Both the position numbers and the translations under genes were made by a program. Of a stretch of DNA of 64,000 nucleotides, positions 39,438-51,400 are shown in pieces; within the stretch, counting starts at the first letter, position 1, and every line of letters starts with the position of its first letter. Under the pieces are notes generated by a model. It had not been told where the DNA came from and searched no databases. It saw only the letters and a list, made by a program, of their open reading frames with translations. Origin of the DNA: Owenia fusiformis. Taxonomy: Eukaryota. The DNA lies in the NCBI GenBank assembly GCA_903813345.2, contig CAIIXF020000001.1, positions 40,982,001 to 41,046,000 on the forward strand, in the 5' to 3' direction.

Positions 39438-42400
39438 TCAGGTTCTTATCAGATGTGAGTGTTCATTCGGTTCATCAGGATCCCTGAAAACAAAAATATG
39501 AAACATTGTTTTAGTTGCTATTGGTTCGTTGTCAGGTAAAGTTCTGTAGAACATTTAAGATAATCCTTTCATTTGAACATCAATAGTTGTGAAGATGAAG
39601 ATTGTTTGATTCATTTTCACTCTTTTTCCCTTACAATTACTTTATATATAATATTATTTTAAAGGTAGAACATTAAGACTGATAGGAATAATGAAACTTT
39701 TCTTTATGAATGTATTGAATGAAGGCATATATTTAATGCATAAAACATTACAGAGCTTAAGTACTGTAGTATACCAATACCTACTTAAATATATATAAAA
39801 AGCAAAATAAGCTTCTTATTGGAATAAGATAAATAAATGAAGCCTGTAACAATGGTTATAATAAGGAGGATGCCCTGCTTTCCAAAAAGCTATTGATCCA
39901 CTGGACCATGCTTAATCAATCTTATGCAAAAGAAAAGTGTTGAAGTAATTCAAGGTCCTTTGTTGTAGCTCTAATATTTCCAAAGGATAAAACCCAATGA
40001 AGGATCAACTGATCAGTTTTCTTGTGCAGCCTAAGTGAACAGTATAAAGGATTCTAATATAATATGTGACATCACAATAGATAGAACAATTGATTTACTG
40101 GTCTATATAGGAGTATGTACTGGAGTTTCTCGCAAATATGCCCATGGGCGTTTATTTGAAAGAGAGGTGTATGAAAAAATATTTTTCCCTCTTTATTAAG
40201 GCCCATGAGTGTTAATTTAAAAGACTTCTTAATAAATGACCAAAACATTGAAAGGATTGAAATTGCTTAAAAACAGAAGTGGCAAACAGAACAGAGGTAA
40301 ACTTGACATGATGTAGCAAAAATATGACAAAAGGTCACATATTGGTAAACGTTCTTGCCCGCATTCATGATATTATCGCGTATTATCGAATATGAAGGCC
40401 ATGTGTCAACTTATCGATCGATAATATCCCCCGAAATAAATGCCCACTGACTCGGGAAAGCTATTTTCCCTCTTAATAAATGCCGATGGGTGTTCATTAA
40501 AAATTCTTTCAAATAAACGCCCTGTGCAAAATAAACACCCATGGGGCTATTTGCGAGAAACTCCGGTATGACCACTTAAATTCATAAATGCAAATAGTTG
40601 TTTTTCTTGTTTGTTTTTATCATACTAGAATCGTAACCGAGACCTCGATTTTATGACCTCAAATTTTATTCTGGCCATAAAATCTCTTTCTTTATTCCTT
40701 AATTTAAATATGGAGACATTTTGAGATGAAATGTCAAATAAATGACCTTGTATAGACATTGACAACTTGTGTCATTTGTTTCTTATGCTGTATAAGTAAA
40801 AGAAAAAATTATTGATTTTTTTGCTTGACTGACCAAAAAATACTTCAACACTCAAGTTTGGTGAGAGTCTCTATTGATACCAGGAGTGCACCTTTTTAAA
40901 GTCTTCATTTGCCGGCCCAGTGGTGAGCACACATGATCCTTGTCTGTCTGTGTCATACCTTTGTTCACATCATCACCACTGTCAATTTGAAATTATGTAG
41001 AAACAAGATATTCAAGTGTATCATCTTGCTTAAACCCCTTGGCTTGTATCCTCCCTCCAGGGACCCCCCTCCCCTGTTACACACCCCACCCCATAGATAG
41101 GGAATGGGGATCTAGAGAATTGAATCAGGAAGACAGTAAAAAGATTTCATTTGATTTTGTTTCCTTGGTTTACTTCCAAGACCTATGTTATCTGATTATA
41201 AGGGCTTTCATCAGAATGACAACTTGTAAAGAAATGATTTACTTCAATATAAACTCATACCATTCTCATGAAATTCATGGTTATTCCATTTTTCTCATGT
41301 AACGTTTACAATTTGTAATAATTGTCAACAGAAAGAAAGTGGAGATAATACATAAGTTCTGGTCAATATGAATGGTCAGCTACAAAAGTTACAGTAATTG
41401 ACTTAATATTACATTTCAAACTATTTTTGCTCGTTTTCCATGATATAAGGTTTGTTTTCGCACTATACTGATGTGACTTATATGATAATTGTAGCGTTAG
41501 TATAATTCATGCAGTAATAACATCTACCAAAGTCAACCATTGAGAGAGCAATGCAGCATAAAACAAATATATCCACATCTGCAACAGCTGCCTACCTTAA
41601 GTGTTTACAGCAGCAGAGAAAGGTCCAACAGCTGCAACCTTGTGTTTGGTCTTCCGATCTGTATAGAGGGCAGTCTGGTCCATCCTCACACTCCCCGATA
41701 AACTCAAAGAGGCGGCTCTTTGGGAAACCATTGTTGTAATAATGCTAAAAAGTTTAAATCAAGATAAAAAATAATAATCGACTGGGCTTAAAATAGCAGT
41801 TCATTGTAATGACAGTTACTAATTAATTATTCAAATCCTCACGAGTCTATTAACTTTGTGAAGCAGCTTAACAATAACAATATGTTACATAGTCTCTTTT
41901 TATCATTAAATTGTATGCAAATATGGTTAATACAATACATCAGATTGAATATCCATACATATCTTATACTGAAACAACTTTATATTCATTTCTTCAGAGA
42001 ATTTTTTATTAGATCAAGGCTTTCGACTTGTATCCTCAAGCCTACATATATTATATAATATATAACAACATACATGTAACAAGGCTTGATCTAATTAAAA
42101 ATTCTCTGAAGAAATGAATAAAGTTGTTTTCATATATATATAAACCAGAGAGATGAACTTACATAGAACCATATATATCTTAGTACTCATATGTTTTACC
42201 TTAATTGTCTCATATGTGTCCATAATGACAGCAATAAAGAGACTTAGCACTACGTAAATGAACAAAGATATGAACGCATAGAGATAAATGCGACTGTAGA
42301 GCCACATTGACCTGCTAAGGTTAGGGCGGTTTTCTGTCGTGATTGCAGAAAATGTCACAAACATGTCATCTCCATTTACCAGGGAAAACAATGTTTCTGA

Positions 42401-45400
42401 AGTTGCGCTCAGGGTGCGGAACTGAAAAATAATTTACATGTAAAAATAGCGAACTGAGCCAGATTAGTAATACGGTGAAGCAGACAGATTAAATTTTCAA
42501 GCATAGGTTCTACTACAATAAACACAGCACAATAGAGAAAGCTAGCAAATTCAAATTGATTTGCGGATCAAGATAATATAGGATGGACAGAAGAAAAAAC
42601 ATGTACAACATGCAATAAGACCAACACCTTTCTCCAAAAGTAAACCATACCCATGTTATTCAGAAGCATGCTTCACCGCATCAAAAACCTGGTGGTCAGT
42701 CGAGCCATATCAAATGTGACCCACCTTTATGGTATCATAGCTATCCATGATGACTGCGATGAATAGATTAAGCACTGCATATATGAAGAAACTAATAAAG
42801 ATGTACAGGTAGATTTGACTATAAAGCCAAATACCCAAATTCTCCTTTGAAATTGCTGAGAAGGTGACGTACATATCGTCTCCATTGACTAGAGAGAACA
42901 GACATGCTGATGTGCTGATTAGTGTACGGAACTACAAAAACATAAATGCAGGCAAATTTTGAACAAAAGCTAGATATAATTAATAAAAAAAACATTGAAA
43001 TTGTCATCCCATTACCTTCCTTTCTATTTTTATCATAACATTTTAAGATCTATAAGTCAAAATTGATATGTGTTTAAATGAAAGTATTCCTGATTCCTGT
43101 ATTGTTTTCCCAGTAATTAACACCCATACTTTCAAAATGATCCCCACTTAACTCTGAAATTACGCCCATGTGGAATATAATGAATGGTTGTCATTGTAAG
43201 AAAATCTGGTAATGACCCATGTGCAAGCTTTAGTCTCATTTAGAATCATAAACCAAGTGCATCTTTTTGTTTTATTATGCAGCTAAACAGCTATTTAGTA
43301 ATTAGAAGTAATAAGTAAATTAGTAATTGAATTATAAAAAGCATTATGTGTTCATTCAGCAGGAATAGAATAATAAACATAGGGAAAGTAATGATTTGAC
43401 AAGACAATACTACATGTACATGTATACAACTCAACATGCATTATTTAGCCATTATGTCCCTATCATTGAATATATGCCTGAGGTCTGACGTCAATAAAGC
43501 CCGAGCTTGCGAGGGTTATATTGACGACAGACCGAAGGCATATATTCAATGATACGGACATAATTGTTGTATAGCTGGCTATACAGGAATATATAGCCGT
43601 CCTTCGACTCCATTGACTTCCATACAAATGCTTCGCTAGGTATGCAATACAGATATGTAAACTTTACATGCACTATGACATACAACATACTGCATATACA
43701 TTACACAGACTGGTTTCATAATTCATACAAGTTTTTTATAATTTAAATAAAATAAAATAGTATCCCACTGTGTAAAGGTGAATAAATAATTTTTCTGGCC
43801 ATTTCATCTTTTCTTAATATGATTCAGAATTGATAATTTAAAATTTCCACTAACTTATAATTTTCTGATTGCTTATAATTTTTAAAAGATTGTATCTGAA
43901 AAATAACTTGATATTTACTTACCTTCACATGGTAAGGTCCCAGAACCACCCAGCCACAAAATGTGAAACCAAAATAAAATACTGCTGCACACACCAAGAA
44001 ACGTAAAATATTTGGTGTGGCCTTTTTCATGGTAAGCACTAATATCTGAAAGAGAAGGACATCTGAGGTCAGGGAGGATTTAAACATTTTAAAATACATG
44101 ATAACACAAGGCGATATCAAGTTATTGTTTAGAAAACCCTAATAAAAAATAAAGGTTGGTAAATCAAAGTGATTCACAAGAAACATCTTTTTCAATTTGG
44201 AAAACAAATAAAGGATAAATATTTCAGAGCCAAAATTTGATTTTCATGACATTGTCAAATAATTTAAAGTTGTTTATAGTACTATGAACAGTGTCACTAC
44301 TTACATTGTATTGCTCAAAGAAACCCAGGTATCTCAGTACCCCAAACCATACAAGCATACTCCCTGTACCTAATAAGACACCACACGTCTCATAGTCATG
44401 GGAACCCTGAAAAATGGTAAATGTATGATACACCAACAAAGTCTCATTTCATGCAATTTTTTTCTTATGTTTCAATTAATTGTCTGATTTTCTTGATTTT
44501 GCAAAATGTCTGATAATGTCAACATGTCTGAGTTACATATTATTAAAATCGTATGTTACAGTCAGAGGGCAGAAGGGTAGCCAATGGGGTTCAGGGTATA
44601 AAAGAAGTCTCACCTTATAGTCTATTTGTATTTTAAAGATGGAGCCAACGATGGTTAGGATGTCATTGATGACAATCATGACATACCACATGTTGAGGAA
44701 CTCTAATAAGTCCCAGACATCAAGTTCTTTGTTAAACTGCTTCTTGAAGAACTCCTTGCATTCCTGGAAAAAGTGTAAGACATTATTTTCAAACTCAAGA
44801 AAAGTTTGGATATAAAGTCATCTCAGATGTTGGAGACTGAATACCCAGGGATAATGATATAAGATAGCAGTTCCAACTGTCAAGGTGAACCTGTATCATA
44901 TCATAGTATATTTCATACGTAATAAATTACTATGTGAGCAACTTCAGGATTTGATTACAATAGATAGGGTTTGTAATTTTTATCAATGTTTACTGATGAA
45001 GAAAGTTTCAGCGCATTATGATTTAAAAACTTATTTAGAAGGTTCAGTCTCTAATCCAGGTGATAAAAATCAGAACAAGTGTGGCGATTAAAGAACAGCT
45101 CACCCATGTGGGCTAAAGAGGTGCTACACATACAATATGTGAAGTGTAATAAAAATCAATAATAGCACTATACATCTTATCACAATATGAAGTTAAATAA
45201 AAATCTTATTCTCACCTTTTTTAAGATTTGTGCTCTGATGATAGACCTGGTACAGAGAATAAGTGAGAGAAAACTTATGAAGATAACGAAGACATCAAAC
45301 ACGGCATACCCGACCTCTGTTGCTTGATCCAGATTATTTCCATTAGCAATCTTACCATGACACTCTAGGTGAATTGCAGTGGCTAACAGCGTCACTGCAA

Positions 45401-48400
45401 TCTGACCATTGTGGCCACTGTTGTCAAAAGTAATCTGGAAATTTGTAAAACGTGTATGTTGATGGAACTAGAGGCACTTGAAGAAAGATACTGTATTTCA
45501 AATCTGAATCTGGGAGCTCTAGGGGTGTTATTTGATTCTAAATATATGATTTTAAATTAAAGAAGAAGTAAGATAATTGAGTGTAAAACTTATACTGTAA
45601 TTACTTTATATTACTAGAAAATAATACAGTTCTTCAGTGAAAGTGACATTAGTATTGCATTCAAATGTACAAGAAATGTTTTAATGAATAATACAGATAA
45701 ATGGATCATGATGAGATGGAAACTAAACAGGTTACATCCTTTATGTATTTAATGTTTTAAATTGCATCCAAACATAAATAATAAATATTTAACAATGTAT
45801 AATTCATAAGCATGTTTCAGTTTCCCATAAAACTGTAAATTACAAACTTACCCCAATATCAAATTGGAAGCAATCGGGTTCTCTAAAGGGAGACAATGTT
45901 CGTAGATGTACACTCTTTAAAGAGAACATTAACTCCAACTTTATCATCCTAGAAAAAATGTTTCCATTAAAATTACGTTCGAAATGTTCACATGTCTGGG
46001 GAACTTAGAACTATTTAAAAGGGCTTTTCATTACTTTTCCTTTCCCTTAGAAATTTTCCTTTAAAGTGTCTCACATATTCGATCAAAACTTGCCATGCAA
46101 ACATGTTAGTCTACTTTACTGGCCCCCTTGCTGTAACAAGGTGTTGTAAATATTGTAAATCAATGTGACACACACACAGGAAATACAGCATAATAATATG
46201 AAATATATCTTTATGTATAGATTTGAGAAACATCAGCACACATCTCCGTCTGAATCTAATGTTATATTTGATTTCTTTAAGCGAGAATAATTTCAAAGTT
46301 TCCTACATTATTGACGTCTGGAACCGGAAGCCATTTTTAGCTACAGCGAGAAAATTTAACCATGTGTCAAACTCCGAAAAGAAATTTTGAAATATCTAAA
46401 ACCAGACAAGCAACGCTTCATCCTAAATATAATTAATATAAAATGATTTCTAGGTGCGTGTAGCAATTTTTACATACGAAATACGAGTACATACGAAATA
46501 AATGAAGTTACATCTAGCTGTAAGGTAGAGACTCGAGTAATATGTGACGTGTCCATATTCATCAATAAATTAATTCTTTTGTATAAATTCAAGTTTTAAA
46601 CCATATGTACGAGATATCAATTGAATACTTCAAACATAAAACTACAAAGTCATAAAGACAAAAGATAAAACGTGTTTGAAATTGTTTTGAACTTTTTTAA
46701 ACTGACGTTTTTTGTGTGAAATATTACGATAAAATTTTCACAAAACGATTCAGCGATAGATAAATGTATATACAAGAGATAAATGTCGATAAAAAGAATC
46801 GAAATGTATAACTTACATTGATGTTAATGGATTTTGTACGCACCTAGGGAGAAAACCCTCCAACTACAATCCTATCGATATCTCGTCTAAAGTCTCATCT
46901 CGTACTCTCGAGATCTGAAGCTTGATGTTTCGTTCAGTGTAACTTACCAGAAACATTTACCTGGGATAACCGGGGAATGGTCTTCTTAGGGCTTGTTCAT
47001 ACCTAAACCTTAACCGACTCTCACATTGCCATAAATGAAATTATTGTCAATAATTTGAATTAAAACGTAAACATAAACCAATTAGTCAATTCACTATGAA
47101 AGTGAGGGGTGTACGCTGTGTGCATGGACTAACACAATATCAGTGGTCATTTACTGTGTCAACTTAGTAACCCTTGCATATCGTGCTCACTCAAGTGTTG
47201 AATAATTTTTTTATGATCTAAATGTTTGTGGTTTATAAAAAATGGGATATATTTTAGTTAGAAATACATTAATTAATATATTCATTCAAACAGCACTAGA
47301 ATGCGGGAAGAAAGAGCAATGGTGACAAAATGCAGACAGAATTTTCCGTAAGGGTTTCAAACATTTCTGAACACAATCATACATGTACTTCATGTGTACT
47401 GTTATTTTTAGTGCTGTATTTATAGATACAATTTCACGTATTAAAATCATATTTTCCAGCAATGACTTCAAATTCGGAACCACACCCATATCACATTTTC
47501 TTCAATAACTCCAAACATGTGTAAACATTGACCATGTGCATATAAATTCAGATTTCACGAGCTCTTTCCTATTCGAGTACCTCATACACCCCTGCATGGA
47601 TTTGAGTTGGATTCGCCTTTTATACTTGAGCCGACACACTCGCAAACGCTCATTGGATAAAGATTGCAAGAATCTTTAACATAAATATCAGCGTATATTG
47701 GTGATTTTTCTAGGTTTGATAAAATATTCTAACTTGATGAAAACTCACCTATCAAAGTTGATAGATGCATTGTTGTCCGCAAGAAACTGTTTGGTGTCAA
47801 AGGCCATGTACGTACTGTTTGTAGAAGCATTGTGTTTCTGAACAGCTGATAAATCTGTGCACTCTGAAAAAAATAAATGAAAATGTGATTTCTAGGTCTG
47901 GTAGATTCCTTTACGCTGAACACATGTTAAATGGTACATTTCTAAACTTCAACTAAGCAGCACATGATGTGAACAAAACCACATCACGAAACAGAAACAA
48001 GGGATTAACATGATTTTCCTGCAATAATGATGACAAGATTTATCAAAATCTTCCAAAAGTTTGAGTTCACATTTCCATAAAATGAAGTACGGGCAATATT
48101 CCCCAGATTTGTTTATTGTGGTTTTTATTCTAGTAAGTGCTAGGAAGTGACTAATTCACATGCAACAAATATCAAACAATCTGATTGGTTTAAACTTACA
48201 GTCGCACATGTGCCATGTTTCTTTCATTCCATGGAATTTGTGTTTCCATGAAACGAAAATAGTTCTGAGAAAAATTGTGGACCGAATGCGGAAATAACAG
48301 GTAAAATCACACCGAGGGTTTTTGCCAATAATAGCAAAAACTTTGTATTTGCATTCTATCCTTGAGATAATAATCTTAGACGTCTACAGGCAAATCCATT

Positions 48401-51400
48401 TTGGAAGGAACACTCTATTTAGTTTGAAAACCCAACAATTATTTGTGAAAACGAGCGTACACATTGGCATATATTTTATTGAAATAAAAAGCATAAAAAA
48501 GACTGTATGCATACTTACGGTACACTTTCTTGTTATTGAAGTAAAAACTTTCATTAAAGGCCCATATTTCTCCATGTTTATACCGAGTGATGCATAACTT
48601 CGGGTCTGGTTTACTTCCATTCACAGCAACAAAGTCGTAGGAACCAAGAGCTATCGCCTTTGTGTCATTATACTACAAGTACATGTAATAAAACATAATG
48701 ATACTAATATACTAATAATATAAAGCAAGACAAGATAACAATGAATTACCGAATACTCTTTGACATGCATTGGGTTTCGAAGAGAAAAATGATGTTCAAT
48801 GTGGTTCCATCCTCCGATCACAGGGCTTCAAAATCCAGAATATCTTTTTTTTTCTCCTGCTATAACCAAATTAGAAGCACCCGATCAAACTGAATCACGT
48901 GATCTAATTATGCGCCGATGACGTATACATGATTGCGAGTTCTTAATTGGAGCTTGCTAACTGCTCATAGCAGGGCGGAAGAAGGAGGTACGGATTCTGG
49001 ACACCGACTTCAGAGGATGATGTGGTTCATATATGATTAATTATAATTCCTGATTATACAAGCCATTGGGAAATGGGAATGCTTCATTGAATACCTGTTG
49101 CTTTTTTAATATGATTCTCAGAGACATATTCCCCTGGCCCTTCCAGAAATGCATCTCATTCAAAGATGAGCAATATTTGTTTTATCATATCACTGTTATA
49201 TTTCCCACTCTCTTATTGGGAGTCTTATATTATTTAAGAACATATACAAGGGGCGATCCATATATTCTGATAAAAATGCTCTCATTTCGCTTAGTTGCTA
49301 AACAAATGTTTATTCATGATCATTATAACATCACAACAACTCACAATAGCAATGTATGACAGGATGGGCAAATTGGAATTACATGTCATGAGACACACCA
49401 AATATCAAAATAACAGATCAGATGAGGTTAGTCAATTAGGTTATGTCAGTCACCTAATAAACCATGGCCCTTTTCCAACATAATCAGTTACATGTAGTTT
49501 GGTGTGACAAAGGAGGCCATGGTTTACCAGCAAGGAGACAATTCCACTTGATCAGATCACAGATGTTTAACATTCTGTCTGTCATAGATAGTACACATTA
49601 TGAAACCTACGCTGATAAAAACTGATGTTTGATACATGTTTTCTAATTCTTCCTTGACCTCAACTTTTAATACTGATAAGCAATTCATACATTGATGATA
49701 GCTTTCCTCATTTCTAATCAAGGGGTTAAGGCAGTTCTGCACGATGAGAATTTTTTGCAATCCTGAAAAGAAGACTGCTCAATATTCTAGTTATTTATAC
49801 ATTCTAAAGAAAAAATTAACACTTAAATTTTAATCTGGGGACTCTAAAGCACTTTTTGTGCAAAAAAGAAAGATTTAGGCCATGTTTGGAATGAGTTACG
49901 TTCATCTGAAAAAGCACATGGTCATCAAAATGGTAGAAAGTGCAGTCTAACCTTAACATGCAAAATGTCACGACCTGCAATTTTTTACAGACGCCAAACT
50001 CCGAACTCTGAACACCAACCACCGAACACAATCCACAAAAAAGTTGGAGACTATAACAATATGTCAGCACTTGTAAAAACATAGTACAGATAAAGTTATT
50101 TTCAAAATATTGTACACCACAGTTTGTTTATAGATGTATGGATTAGTAAATAGCAGGAAAATGTTTTGAGATATACCAAGATTTTTATTACCCTTAGCTT
50201 GAGGTTGATTTTGGCTATCCTCTTTCAATTTGAGATGATACTTATTCCAGAATATGGCATTGGTAAATCATCATACAAGATATTCTCAGATTAAAATGCT
50301 TATATTTATTCCAAATTCAAACTCATTTTGGCAAAATCTTATTAGCATCAATTGTAAAATCATATTTTCAAGTCAGAGGGTAGTGTTTAATACCCAAAAG
50401 AGATTCAGGGTAGATTTACATACCTTTTCCAATGTATAATCTATACTTCTAAACAACTCATCGTGTTCATAAACTGCAAATACACCATGAGAAGGTGGGT
50501 AGGGCATGGTCTCATATGATATATCCCAGCCTTTCAGATACAAATGTTGGAATGTAACCACATTCTTCTCCAGGAATGTCACATGAGACGTTCTGTCGTA
50601 ACCAAACAAGACCAGCTGAAAAGCAATTCAAATACAGATCCTTTAGTAGGACTGTTGTATATGCATCAAAAAAGAATACGGATAGGGATCTCAAAATAAA
50701 AAGTTAATAAAAAGCCCATCAATACATAGATAATACACGGAGCTAACAAAATGTAAACATTGTTTCTCCATGGGCCATTTTGAATGGTGATACCAGGACT
50801 CTGATACAGGTTGCACCAATCACTCTAGATAAACACCACCCAGTTTTATAAAATTACTCCAATGTCTTTGCTTAAGTATCTGCATCTGCATCAATCACAT
50901 TTTGATACACTTTTTCCACTACTCTGAAAAATGTGAAGATCTCTGCTGATTATGTTTTTAAATAAACCCATGAAATAGAATATAGATGGAGCCAAAAGTA
51001 CCTGTAAAGTCACTGCAATGAGTTTGATGACTTGCATCAAGAGTTTCCATGGAAACCGTTTCCGAGCTTGCCATTTCTCACAAGGATTCATAAAATAAAA
51101 TTTGAGCTTGCGTCTCATTTTGTCTTCCAAATATGGAGTTGCGTAAGATCGCCCAGGATTTTGTATATTGGGCTGGTCCTCACTCAATTCCTCATACTGC
51201 TGGTTAGGATCCATCATGTTGTCAAAATCTGGAAGAAGAAATAATTATAAAAATAATCATAAAAAATGTATAAATTGGATTAACGTTAACATTGCAAAAT
51301 GTTACCACCTATCATTTCTTATAGATGCCAATCACTGAATGTGGAATGCCAACCACTAAATGCCAAACACCATATGCCAAACACCATCCACAAAAAAATA

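Noticed and set aside
49557..49763. Possible extra mucolipin exon after a TTTTCAG acceptor
   Set aside because: The phase-0 frame stops after 14 codons, there is no TRPML similarity, and the flanking exons already join in frame.
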